In this document: one piece after another, positions 48,585-58,152 of the stretch
Numbering within the stretch: position 1 is the stretch's first letter
How the letters are laid out: each line of letters starts with the position of its first letter
Virus record (IMG/VR): IMGVR_UViG_3300044977_000070
Span: 1 to 64,000 of that record
Source of the DNA: a virus
Direction: 5' to 3' (one strand)
Length of the DNA: 64,000 nucleotides
Position numbers and translations under genes: made by a program
Notes under the pieces: model-generated
Told to the model about the DNA's origin: nothing
Seen by the model: only the letters and a program-made list of their open reading frames with translations
Database searches by the model: none

Positions 48585-51437
48585 ATGTCAGCGCTGGTCC
48601 GAGTACTCCTTTTGCTATGTGTAATGGGGTCAATTGCATTGTCGCAGTCGCCCCCCGCAGAGGTTCCAGGTCCCAGTGCGGCAAAGCTCGCGAATCCTGT
48701 TTATGGCGCAGGTATTGGTTTACTTTATACGTGCGTCACCAATTATTATGTCAATGCCAGTACCGGCAACGATTCCAACCCAGGCACCCAGACGCAGCCT
48801 TGGTTGACTATTCAACATGCCGATACCGTCCCGAGAGCTCCCGGGGATTGCATAAATGTTGCCCCCGGCACTTATACGTGGACTCATTCATTCATTCCGC
48901 AGAATGGTGGCAACCTCTCGGCGCCCACAGGTTATGTTACCTATCGCTGCGAGACGCTAGACCAGTGTTTTATTCTGTTTGATGGAACCTTTATGGGGTC
49001 CAATGGTCAAGCAGTTATCGGCTTTGTCAAACCATACTTCATATTCGACGGATTCGACGTCGATGGCGGCGAGCAGTTCATGTATGGCGGGATCGCCACT
49101 GCATGTTTTGATGCGGGTCTTAACGACCTTGGCGGCACCGGCCATCACATCTGGATTCTAAACAACAATGTGCACGGATGCGGCATTGGCTGCATCGGTC
49201 TGAGTGACAGCGAATATTTCTTCATGATCCATAATAACGCGTCGGATTGCGCGTTTACGGATCAGTTTGAAGGCTCTGGCATAGGTCTGGTTGCCCTGAA
49301 GCGTCTCGGCGATAACCTCAATCCATATCCACCGTATACGCCGACTGCAGCCGATCTCGCTTTCGCTCCGTTTACCAATATGATGTCCTGGAACCGTGTA
49401 TTTAACAATGGTTGCACGGTGTGCCTGGGCATCCTCAACACGTTCACGACGACAGCAAACACCCACAGCTCGACGACGATAGACAACATTGCCAGTCTTG
49501 GTACCTCGGCGAGCTTTACCGGCTCTATCCCCTCGGGGATGCAGATTCTGACAGTGACCGGGATCACGGGCACCATCTCGCCAGGCGACCAGATTTTCGG
49601 CGCAGGAACATTCCAGACCACGTTTATATATCCGTATGGGACAGGGGGAACCACCGGTACGGGCGGGAATGGCACTTATTTCATTAGCGTTGTCTATCCT
49701 ACCGGATTTAGCGGCGCGCTGACATCGACTACACTTGGGGAAGGCGTTCTCATTACCGGACCCGGCGTCCAGCCGTTCACGTATATCAGCTCCATAACCG
49801 GCAATACAGCCACGGTGACGCGTCCGACGCTCACGACACAGTCTGGGGCGAGTCTGAACTTCATCGCCCCTGGTGCGGGCCATACGGACGGCAATGGCAT
49901 CATCAACGACACATGGTGCGGAACGCCATGCGGAGGTACCGGAACCGATCCCTACAACTATCCCGACCATCAGACGTTAGTCAGCTTCAACGATGTGCAG
50001 TTCAACGGCGGCCGTGGGATGCACAACTTTGGCGTCAATTACGTTACGACAGCCAACAATTCATTTTATCACGATGGCCTCGATCTGTTTCTGGCTGGCG
50101 CTATAGGCGAGTTGAGCGAGGCGGGTGGGAATAACAATAGTTGGTACAGCAACGCGGCCTTCGCCACTCAGAACCTCGTGACAGATTGCAATTTCTCCGG
50201 TGTTCCGTGCAATTTCTGCGTTGTGGCTGGTGATGGCAGAGGCGCTGACGTAGGAACCAAATGGTTCAATAATGTTGTCTTCGGACCGGCTGTAGGCGGC
50301 ACGTGCGTCGCGCTATTCAATAATGATGCAACGTACTGGGTTCCTACTAACAATAAAGGCGATATTGATCCAAAGTTTATTGATGAAACCAGTGATACAG
50401 TTGGGAATTTACAACTCCAATTCCCCGCCTCACCTGCAATAAACTATGCCAATTCCCATGCATTCTACTTTTTGCCAAAGGGAACGAGTGATTCCGGAGC
50501 ATATCAGACTGGCGGTATACGAATTGTAAATTATGTAGGTTTGTCGCCAGATTTCACGAGCGATGTCGGGTACTATACGACGCCGCCAATTCCCACGCCT
50601 CTTAGTTGTGCGCAGGCGACGGCGTTTTTGATAAGGGCTGCGACGGTCGCCTCAATTGATCGGGTTCATCACGACGCCTACTCAGATCTTATTTGCGGAA
50701 TGGTGAATGATGGCACATGGTGCGGATCGTATTATGATGTCTTCTATATTTTTGCGACGGTGAACTCCGCATTAGCTCAGTTCAATCTTTGTTCGGATAC
50801 TAATTATAATGCGATCCTTAATGGGAATCCGGCCTTCACGCCGGATAGAGGCTTTGCCGGAGTTAATCAAAGTACCACTATTTACATTGATCCTCAATTT
50901 AATCCAAGTACGGTGGTTGGTGCGAATTATTCTCTGAACTCTGCGCATGTTTCCGTATGGAGTTTAACTAATACAATTGATTCCAATCCCGCATATGCAG
51001 TAGGCACATCTCCCCAACTAGGTTTCTTTAGTGGGATAACGAATCTGATGCCGAGCGAACCGTCCGGCACCGGATTTATCAACCCTTATGCGAATGTGAA
51101 CAATACGAACTTTGGTTTTTTCGGCCCTTCACAGCCTTTGTCCAGCTCGGTCGGGTATTATGTGGCAAATTTATCCGGCACAACGATCACCGAGTACAAG
51201 AACGGGGCGAGCTTATTTAGTTACACTAATATGCCTACTCCCGTGCTATGTAACATATTCATTCTTGCTAATAATAGTTGTAGTGCTGGTGGGCCTTCTG
51301 CAGAAGGCGGGTCATCTCTCACGATAGCGCACGCAAGCATAGGTTCCGATTTTTCTGCCGTTGTTGGTTCTGTTTGTCATAGGTTGGACGCTTATCTTGT
51401 AGCGGTTGGCAATACCAGTCAAATAGGGGCATGTTAG
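48585..51437 (+). CDS. Sec-signal right-handed beta-helix protein, paralog 3, with an internal insertion and a C-terminal extra domain
   Basis: The ATG at 48585 gives MSALVRVLLLLCVMGSIALSQ. YYVNASTGNDSNPGTQTQPWLTIQHA...CINVAPGTY and HTDGNGIINDT blocks. There is an insertion of about 150 aa (nt 49431-49877) relative to paralog 2. Confidence 0.6.
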   Translation: MSALVRVLLLLCVMGSIALSQSPPAEVPGPSAAKLANPVYGAGIGLLYTCVTNYYVNASTGNDSNPGTQTQPWLTIQHADTVPRAPGDCINVAPGTYTWTHSFIPQNGGNLSAPTGYVTYRCETLDQCFILFDGTFMGSNGQAVIGFVKPYFIFDGFDVDGGEQFMYGGIATACFDAGLNDLGGTGHHIWILNNNVHGCGIGCIGLSDSEYFFMIHNNASDCAFTDQFEGSGIGLVALKRLGDNLNPYPPYTPTAADLAFAPFTNMMSWNRVFNNGCTVCLGILNTFTTTANTHSSTTIDNIASLGTSASFTGSIPSGMQILTVTGITGTISPGDQIFGAGTFQTTFIYPYGTGGTTGTGGNGTYFISVVYPTGFSGALTSTTLGEGVLITGPGVQPFTYISSITGNTATVTRPTLTTQSGASLNFIAPGAGHTDGNGIINDTWCGTPCGGTGTDPYNYPDHQTLVSFNDVQFNGGRGMHNFGVNYVTTANNSFYHDGLDLFLAGAIGELSEAGGNNNSWYSNAAFATQNLVTDCNFSGVPCNFCVVAGDGRGADVGTKWFNNVVFGPAVGGTCVALFNNDATYWVPTNNKGDIDPKFIDETSDTVGNLQLQFPASPAINYANSHAFYFLPKGTSDSGAYQTGGIRIVNYVGLSPDFTSDVGYYTTPPIPTPLSCAQATAFLIRAATVASIDRVHHDAYSDLICGMVNDGTWCGSYYDVFYIFATVNSALAQFNLCSDTNYNAILNGNPAFTPDRGFAGVNQSTTIYIDPQFNPSTVVGANYSLNSAHVSVWSLTNTIDSNPAYAVGTSPQLGFFSGITNLMPSEPSGTGFINPYANVNNTNFGFFGPSQPLSSSVGYYVANLSGTTITEYKNGASLFSYTNMPTPVLCNIFILANNSCSAGGPSAEGGSSLTIAHASIGSDFSAVVGSVCHRLDAYLVAVGNTSQIGAC

Positions 51438-52165
51438 TTTTGCCTCATCTTTCAGTAACCCAATCCAATATCCAGACGGCGCTCATTTCGTTCCTTGCCA
51501 GTGCTATGCCGTCAGGCATGGAGATCGTCGAGGGGCAGGACAATCGCGTTCCCGAGCCGGTTGGGCAGGATTTCATTGTCTTCACAATCATGCGTCGCGA
51601 TCGTCTATCGACGAACGTGGACGCCTTTGCGGACTGCGCATTTACGGCCTCGATCTCCGGAAACATTATGGATGTCACCGCCGTCCAGATAGGAACGGTC
51701 GCCGCGGGCAATCTCGTATTTGGTTCTGGGATTGCGGTAGGCACGAGGGTTTCTGGGACGTTGACAGGAACGGGCGGTATCGGGACCTATCTTGTCAGCG
51801 TTTCGCAGACGATCGGTTCCGAGCAAATGGCGGCGGGATCCTTTACGGCATTGCAGGCTGTGAATGCCATGATCCAGATCGACGTCCATGGGCCGAATAG
51901 TTCGGATAATGCGCAGATAATAACTACCTTATTTCGAGATGACTACGCCTATCAAATAATGCGTCAATCTGGATTCGACGTTGCGCCGCTTCACGCGGAC
52001 GACCCAAAGCAGATTCCATTTATCAATGCCGAGCAGCAATATGAGTATCGTTGGGTGATAGAAGCGCATATGCAGGCGAACCAGATAGTGCTGGGAATCC
52101 CGCAGCAATTCTTCGACGTTGTGGACCTAAACGTGGAAAGCGTGACGGTCGAGTTCCCAAATTAA
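51431..52165 (+). CDS. putative tail terminator/neck protein with the inserted Gly/Thr-rich domain
   Basis: 244 aa immediately upstream of the sheath gene. The N-terminal IQTALISFL...VEGQDNRVPEP pattern is typical of tail-terminator-like proteins. The insert is at nt 51641-51820. Confidence 0.45.
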   Translation: MLVLPHLSVTQSNIQTALISFLASAMPSGMEIVEGQDNRVPEPVGQDFIVFTIMRRDRLSTNVDAFADCAFTASISGNIMDVTAVQIGTVAAGNLVFGSGIAVGTRVSGTLTGTGGIGTYLVSVSQTIGSEQMAAGSFTALQAVNAMIQIDVHGPNSSDNAQIITTLFRDDYAYQIMRQSGFDVAPLHADDPKQIPFINAEQQYEYRWVIEAHMQANQIVLGIPQQFFDVVDLNVESVTVEFPN

Positions 52166-52177
52166 AGAGGTTCCCTC

Positions 52178-53899
52178 ATGACAATTCCGGCTTCACAACT
52201 TGTCCAAGTAAATCCGAGCGTCCTGTCTGCGGGCGGCAACGCGCTTAATATCACAGGACTCATGCTGACGCAGAACACGCGCGTTCCGATCGGCAGCATT
52301 GTCAACTACCCCACGGCACTTGCCGTATCGGAGGAGTTGGGGGCGAGTTCCGTTGACGCGGCCGCAGCCGCCATTTACTTCGCTGGTAATGACGGGAAGA
52401 CACAGACGCCCGGCTCGCTGCTCGTCGCCCAGTTCCCGACTGCTGCTGTCGCCGCCTATTTGCAATCGTCCAGCCTCTCGGGCGTATCGATTGCAACGTT
52501 GCAAAGCTTCAACGGGGCGTTGAATGTCACGATTGACGGGTATCCACGATCGGCGTCGATTAATCTCTCCGGGGCCAATACGTTTTCCCAGGCGGCCGCG
52601 ACGATCCAGTCCGCCTTGAACGCCTCCCTCCCCGTCGAGGCCACGGCCACGGCGTCCATAAACAACGGTACGTTGACGGTAACGGGGACCCTGACAGGGC
52701 TGCTCGCTGTCGGGCAAACCGTTACAGGATCGAACACCCCAGCTGGGACTATTGTCCTAGCGCAGCTCACCGGTGCCTTAAATGGCACCGGCACGTACAG
52801 CGTCACGGCAACGGGGACGATCGTCGTCTCGCAGACTCTCACGTTCACGGCAACGGCGTTGTCCGTCACCTTTGACAGCGTAACCAACGCTATCGTAATT
52901 CAATCGGGGATTACGGGGAATCCAAGCACGGCGGCCTATGCGTCCGGGACGCTCGCAACTGATTTGTTACTGACGCAGGCGCTAGGCGCTGTCTTGTCTC
53001 AAGGAACGGTTGCGGCGACGCCGGCGGCGTTCATGGCAAATATCATTCGCCAGAATCAGAACTGGGCGACGTTCTTCCTCAACTTTAATCCAGATGCCTC
53101 GGGCAATTCGACGAAGCTTGCTTTTGCTGCATGGGTTGCGACGACGAATAGTCGTTACATTTATCTTGCAGGCGACAACGACGTGACGCCGACCTTGTCT
53201 ACGAATGCCCCAACCAGTCTTGCACAGTTGGTGGAGACGGCAAACTACAGTGGCGTGTGTGCGATCTATGATCCGAGCTTCTATCCGATAGCGGCCTTTG
53301 TTGCAGGAACCGCCGCCTCTATTGATTTCAATGAGCCCAATGGGCGGATAACGTTCGCCTACAAGTCACAAGGCGGGTTGGTGGCGAGCGTGACGGACCT
53401 TGTTGTCGCCGACAATCTGTTGGCGAATGGCTACAACTTCTATGGGGCCTATGCTACGGCAACCACCCAGTTCGTCTTCTTCCAGAATGGCAGCGTCAGC
53501 GGCCCATATCTGTTCCTCGACTCCCTGGTCAATGCCATATGGTTGACGGCGCAGTTGCAACAGGCATTGGTGGAGCTCCTGGCTGCTATCAATTCGATTC
53601 CGTACAACTCGGTTGGCTTTGGATTGATTGAGGCGGCCTTGGGGAGCACGATCCAGCAAGGCCTAACGTTTGGCGCATTTGCCGCGGGCGTTACTCTGTC
53701 ATCCACGCAAATTGCGGAGGTCAATAGCCAGGCAGGTGCGAACGTCGCCCCGACGCTACAGCAACGCGGCTGGTATCTGCAAGTCCTTGACCCTGGTCCT
53801 GCCGTGCGACAAGTACGAGGCTCGCCGATCTGCACGTTCTGGTACGTGGATGGCGAAAGCGTGCAACTAATCAACTTGTCCGATATCAAGTTGAACTAG
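52178..53899 (+). CDS. tail sheath protein (DUF3383-like)
   Basis: 573 aa. The N-terminus (IPASQLVQVNPSVLSAGG) and gene order (sheath, tube, chaperone, tape measure) fit. Contains the Gly/Thr-rich domain at nt 52649-52843. Confidence 0.6.
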   Translation: MTIPASQLVQVNPSVLSAGGNALNITGLMLTQNTRVPIGSIVNYPTALAVSEELGASSVDAAAAAIYFAGNDGKTQTPGSLLVAQFPTAAVAAYLQSSSLSGVSIATLQSFNGALNVTIDGYPRSASINLSGANTFSQAAATIQSALNASLPVEATATASINNGTLTVTGTLTGLLAVGQTVTGSNTPAGTIVLAQLTGALNGTGTYSVTATGTIVVSQTLTFTATALSVTFDSVTNAIVIQSGITGNPSTAAYASGTLATDLLLTQALGAVLSQGTVAATPAAFMANIIRQNQNWATFFLNFNPDASGNSTKLAFAAWVATTNSRYIYLAGDNDVTPTLSTNAPTSLAQLVETANYSGVCAIYDPSFYPIAAFVAGTAASIDFNEPNGRITFAYKSQGGLVASVTDLVVADNLLANGYNFYGAYATATTQFVFFQNGSVSGPYLFLDSLVNAIWLTAQLQQALVELLAAINSIPYNSVGFGLIEAALGSTIQQGLTFGAFAAGVTLSSTQIAEVNSQAGANVAPTLQQRGWYLQVLDPGPAVRQVRGSPICTFWYVDGESVQLINLSDIKLN

Positions 53900-54059
53900 C
53901 GGCATCCGCAATAAGCAAGCTTCCTACTAGGCAAATAATTCCCGAACCAAGCCCCCATAGGAAAGACCATATTGGGGGGAGTTGGAAAGCATAGGGAATG
54001 CCTGCGCCAATTAAAAGCGCGATAATAAAACCTAAGCCAATGGTGCCGATTCTTCGCAT
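53886..54059 (-). CDS. small membrane protein on the opposite strand
   Basis: ATG at 54059, preceded by AAGGAG at an 8-nt spacing. MRRIGTIGLGFIIALLIGAGIPYAF...; two hydrophobic helices. Confidence 0.45.
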   Translation of the reverse strand: MRRIGTIGLGFIIALLIGAGIPYAFQLPPIWSFLWGLGSGIICLVGSLLIADAASST

Positions 54060-54095
54060 CAATGGTTCTCCTTTACTGTTCAAAGGATCATACCC

Positions 54096-54530
54096 ATGGC
54101 CACCTTAACTTCAGCAAATGCCGTCGTTCTAATCTCCGTCGCCTCCCTGTTCCCGACGCCGCAACAGCTCCAGGGCTTCGCCGCGGATGACGTGACGGAC
54201 ATCGACCCCCTGGACAATGCCGAGCTCGTCATGGGCGTTGACGGCATTCTATCGGCGGGTTTCGTGTTCATTACGATCAAGCAGGCAATCACGCTCCAGG
54301 CAGACAGCGCGTCCAACTTCATATTCGATAGTTGGTATCAAACGCAGCAGCAGGCGCGGGACCTGTTTCCGGCGACGGGACTCATCATCCTTCCTGGATT
54401 GCAAACGAAGTGGACCCTGTCAAACGGGTTCCTATCGAGTTATAAGCCAATGGGGGACGTCAAGCGGTACGTGCAGCCCCGCAAGTTCGAGATTACGTGG
54501 CAAACCATATCACCGTCAGTTACAGGATAG
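54096..54530 (+). CDS. tail tube protein (DUF3277-like)
   Basis: 144 aa directly after the sheath gene. LQGFAADDV..D block. Confidence 0.55.
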   Translation: MATLTSANAVVLISVASLFPTPQQLQGFAADDVTDIDPLDNAELVMGVDGILSAGFVFITIKQAITLQADSASNFIFDSWYQTQQQARDLFPATGLIILPGLQTKWTLSNGFLSSYKPMGDVKRYVQPRKFEITWQTISPSVTG

Positions 54531-54533
54531 GAC

Positions 54534-54986
54534 ATGGCAAGAAAGGTAGTTGACGTTACGATTACGGACGAGGGACGGGACAAGAATAAGTGTTTCGTGC
54601 TGACCGAAATGCCGGCCTCGCAAGCAGAGAAATGGGCAACGCGCCTCCTGCTTGCCGTTACGCGGGCGGCAAAGGCGGGGTCTGGCGTCGAGATCCCGGA
54701 GAATCTGGAGCAGTTGGGAATGGCGGGCGTCGCCGCATTGGGCGTCAAGGCCTTGGCGGGGGTTGCAGCGGACGATATCCTGCCGCTCATGGATGAGATG
54801 TTTCGCTGCGTCCAGATTCGACCCGATCCTATATCGCAACCCCTTATTGTCCGTCCGCTTATTGAGGACGATATCGAGGAAGTACAAACGCGGCTCAAAC
54901 TGAGAGCGGAGCTAATCGCCCTCCATACGGGTTTTTCCTTACCCGGCTTCCCCTCGATAGCGATTCCGGCGAAGCCGCTTCTGTAA
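54534..54986 (+). CDS. tail assembly chaperone (short, in-frame product)
   Basis: 150 aa between the tube and tape measure genes. Confidence 0.6.
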   Translation: MARKVVDVTITDEGRDKNKCFVLTEMPASQAEKWATRLLLAVTRAAKAGSGVEIPENLEQLGMAGVAALGVKALAGVAADDILPLMDEMFRCVQIRPDPISQPLIVRPLIEDDIEEVQTRLKLRAELIALHTGFSLPGFPSIAIPAKPLL

Positions 54987-55183
54987 CGTTCGCCCCTTAC
55001 AGAAATGTCCCGTCTTCCATTGCGACCCTCATCTCGACAGAAATGGCGACGCTGCACGAGTTGGACACGGTCTACGGCGTGGAGGACGTTTACGACATGC
55101 TGGAAATAATCACGGTAGACGGCGAGAACCGTCGTCGCGTGAACAAGATGCAGGAACGTAAGCGTGGCAACCGTAATCGATAG
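54534..55183 (+). CDS. tail assembly chaperone, -1 frameshift extended product
   Basis: The -1 frame encodes ...SVTFAPYRNVPSSIATLISTEMATLHELDTVYGVEDVYDMLEIITVDGENRRRVNKMQERKRGNRNR*. It overlaps the tape measure start, as in the G/GT and E/E' paradigms. Confidence 0.5.
54929..54935 (+). other. candidate -1 programmed ribosomal frameshift heptamer G GGT TTT
   Basis: In the zero frame the codons are ACG GGT TTT (T-G-F). The -1 frame is open from 54866 to the TAG at 55181-55183. Confidence 0.55.
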
Positions 55184-56630
55184 CTTAATAATAACTCTAG
55201 GCCTGGACCCTAAAAACTTTACGCAGGGTCAGAGACAGGCGGTAGCGCAGCTTGCTCAGTTCCAAGCCCAGGCGACAAAGTCAGCAAAGGATATCGAGGA
55301 CACCACTAGACGAGTTACGCAGTTCTTCTCCTCTATGCATTCCAATGCTGTTAGCCTCTTTTCCGTAGTCCTCGGAGCGTCGGGATTGGAGGAAATGGCG
55401 CGGAGGATCGTTACTAGTGCATCTTCGATCGATAAGCTGTCCAATCGTTTCGACGTCTCCGTTCCCTTCATATCGAAGTTTGGCAATGTTGTTAAGCAGG
55501 TCGGCGGGAACGTCGAGGAGGCACAGGGGTTTGTCTCTCAATTGGCAGACGCCCTGAGTCAGGCGAACCTTAGCCTTCCCTCGGATTTGTTTATTAAGTT
55601 GCAACAGTTGGGGACAATTGCAGGAACGTCTATTCTTGCAAGGAAGGGCGGTAGATACGACGTTGAGCAGACGATAAAGAACCTTGCAGAGGCGGTTACA
55701 CGGGCGGGGCCTGACGTACGCAACCTCATAGCGACGCAGTTGGGAATTTCGCCCGGCATATTCGAGGCTATGCGTAAACCGGGTTTTGCCGCCCGTCTTG
55801 GCGCCGCTCCCGGGTTCGATAAGAAGTTGGCGGATGCCGCGCAAAAGTTGGTTGAGGCATTCAACACATTGCAAAACCGGTTGACGATAATAGCAGCGAG
55901 GATGTTGGATGATTTGCTTCCCGCACTAACCCAGTTCGCCGATCTTTTGGATAAAATAGTGAATCTCACGGGAAAAGGCCTCCTTGAGAAATTAGGGCTT
56001 CCATTACCCTCGGACGAGGCTCCTTCTGTTTTATTTGATGTTCCTGCTTTTCTTAGACGTCATGGAATGGAGAAGCTTGGTGACCTCCTTGAAGGAAAAG
56101 GAAGGGAGAAGGGGGCCACATTCCAGGAGAGATTTGGGTTTGGTACACCTGCGCCGAAATCTGGCGCCTCTCTTGGTGATGTGCCACTAGCTGCCCTCGC
56201 TACAGGACTAAAAGATATTCCGGGATTCCGTGTGACATCGACAACGGGAGGGCAACATGCCGGCCGCGCGCATGGCGAAGGACGGGCAATGGATTTCGTC
56301 GTCGACCCCAAGTACTACGACTCCATTGTCTCCGAGCTCAGGAAACGGTTCGAGAAAGAAGGGCTGACCGTCATAGATGCGTCGAAGAAACCTGACAGCA
56401 GATTTTGGACAGGTCCTCATATTCACCTTGAGTTCGCGACCAAGGCGGCTATGGAACGCTTCCAGGCCGCGCAGGGAGGGGGGCATCATACCGAGAATTC
56501 CTCGGAAACGCATATTGGCGAGATTAATGTACATGCCCCGACAGGCAACGCGTCCGACATTACGAAGACGATTGACCAAACGATCCGACGCAACTCGTAT
56601 TCTGATAGTGCGGATACCGGGTTTGAGTAA
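55164..56630 (+). CDS. tape measure protein with a C-terminal M15-like peptidase motif
   Basis: 488 aa with a GTG start. Helical N-terminus. C-terminus has FRVTSTTGGQHAGRAHGEGRAMDFVV and GPHIHLEF (H..D ... H.H pattern). Confidence 0.65.
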   Translation: MATVIDSLIITLGLDPKNFTQGQRQAVAQLAQFQAQATKSAKDIEDTTRRVTQFFSSMHSNAVSLFSVVLGASGLEEMARRIVTSASSIDKLSNRFDVSVPFISKFGNVVKQVGGNVEEAQGFVSQLADALSQANLSLPSDLFIKLQQLGTIAGTSILARKGGRYDVEQTIKNLAEAVTRAGPDVRNLIATQLGISPGIFEAMRKPGFAARLGAAPGFDKKLADAAQKLVEAFNTLQNRLTIIAARMLDDLLPALTQFADLLDKIVNLTGKGLLEKLGLPLPSDEAPSVLFDVPAFLRRHGMEKLGDLLEGKGREKGATFQERFGFGTPAPKSGASLGDVPLAALATGLKDIPGFRVTSTTGGQHAGRAHGEGRAMDFVVDPKYYDSIVSELRKRFEKEGLTVIDASKKPDSRFWTGPHIHLEFATKAAMERFQAAQGGGHHTENSSETHIGEINVHAPTGNASDITKTIDQTIRRNSYSDSADTGFE

Positions 56631-57553
56631 TGGCCTTTGTTAAGCGTCAACTATCGGCTTCCTTTCAATTGACGCCCGGGACCGGAAGCGCATCCACGCA
56701 GTTCGCTGAGAGCGGGACGGACACAGCTGCCCTTAGCAATTTGCGCATGTCGGCAAAGATTTCCATACAGGGACTTCCGGGAATAGCCGAGCTCAATCTA
56801 ACAGTTTATGGAATGACTTTATCTTTGATGAATCAGTTGAGCACGTTGGGGAAGCAAATAAACTTTATTCGTCCGGCTAAGGTCATCGTGCAGGCGGGGG
56901 ATGCGCAGTCTGGAATGTCTACTGTCTTCCAGGGCGACGTCCTCAATGCTTGGGGGGATTTTCAACAGGCCCCGGACGTTCCTTTTCATGTCTATGCGCG
57001 CGGCGGTTATGTGGGCGGCATTCAGAAGACGGACCCTGTATCTTTTAATGGATCGACAGATGTCGCCAATTTTATGGGACAATGCGCCTCTAAAATGAAC
57101 CTGACTCTTGAGAATAACGGCGTTAATCAGAAGTTGAACAGTCCCTACTTTTGGGGGTCCCCCCGTGCGCAGGCGCAACAATGTGCGGACGCTGCCAATA
57201 TCAATTGGACGATCGATCAAGATAAACTCGCGATATGGCCAAAGAGCGGTAATCGCAGCGGCGGTGCAATCATGGTAGCGCCGGATACCGGGATGATTTC
57301 TTATCCGACGTTTACGAATGCGGGTATCCTGGTTAGAACCATATTTAATCCACAAACAAAACTTGGTGGACAAATTCAAGTCCAGAGTTCGTTGCCGCGT
57401 GCTAATGGCACTTGGACTGTATTTGCAATGGACCATGATCTTGAGTCTCAAGTACCGAAGGGACAATGGTTCTCGACTCTCCAGTGTTGGAATCCGAGCC
57501 AACAGGGGAACAGCGTTCCGGCAACGGGCGTGGGCGGCATCGCGACGGGGTAA
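56630..57553 (+). CDS. baseplate/tail hub-like protein
   Basis: 307 aa, first gene after the tape measure (TAATG overlap). Assigned by position. Confidence 0.4.
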   Translation: MAFVKRQLSASFQLTPGTGSASTQFAESGTDTAALSNLRMSAKISIQGLPGIAELNLTVYGMTLSLMNQLSTLGKQINFIRPAKVIVQAGDAQSGMSTVFQGDVLNAWGDFQQAPDVPFHVYARGGYVGGIQKTDPVSFNGSTDVANFMGQCASKMNLTLENNGVNQKLNSPYFWGSPRAQAQQCADAANINWTIDQDKLAIWPKSGNRSGGAIMVAPDTGMISYPTFTNAGILVRTIFNPQTKLGGQIQVQSSLPRANGTWTVFAMDHDLESQVPKGQWFSTLQCWNPSQQGNSVPATGVGGIATG

Positions 57554-57555
57554 CA

Positions 57556-58152
57556 ATGCCATTCGTACCATTCGATCCCGGCGTCCCGCCACTGACGTCC
57601 TATGCGCCGCTTGGGGTTATTACTCTGCTTACCCAGGACGCATTGGCATTTCTCGGCGCCCTCTTCGGACCGCCATGGGGGATCTTCCTATCTGGCGTGC
57701 CGATAATCCAGGCAGACAGTGTAGTTAGCTTTGAATACAGACAGGAATGGACCGTCTCCGATTACCCCGTTGAGCAGGGGGCGTTCGAGACATACGACAA
57801 GGTGGAGTTGCCATTTGAGGGCAAGTTCCGTTTCTCCGCGGGTGGGTCCGAGGTCGATCGCTTCGCATTATTGCAAAGTATCGCGGATATCGCGGACAGC
57901 GTCACATTGCTGGATATCGTCACGCCGGAGCAGGTTTATCCCAGTATCACGATCTATCACTATGACTATAGACGTACGGCGACGAATGGCGTTGGGTTGT
58001 TGCAGGTGGATGTGTGGTGCAGAGAGGTTCGAGTAACTACGACTACCGCGTTCTCTAATACGCAACAACCGTCGGGGGCTAATGCGCAGGGGACCGGCAA
58101 CGTGCAGACGCAGACCCCGACCAACACCCAATCCAGCGAAGAGTTTCAGTAA
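57556..58152 (+). CDS. baseplate-associated protein
   Basis: ATG at 57556; the ORF is open from 57466. 198 aa. Assigned by position. Confidence 0.4.
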   Translation: MPFVPFDPGVPPLTSYAPLGVITLLTQDALAFLGALFGPPWGIFLSGVPIIQADSVVSFEYRQEWTVSDYPVEQGAFETYDKVELPFEGKFRFSAGGSEVDRFALLQSIADIADSVTLLDIVTPEQVYPSITIYHYDYRRTATNGVGLLQVDVWCREVRVTTTTAFSNTQQPSGANAQGTGNVQTQTPTNTQSSEEFQ

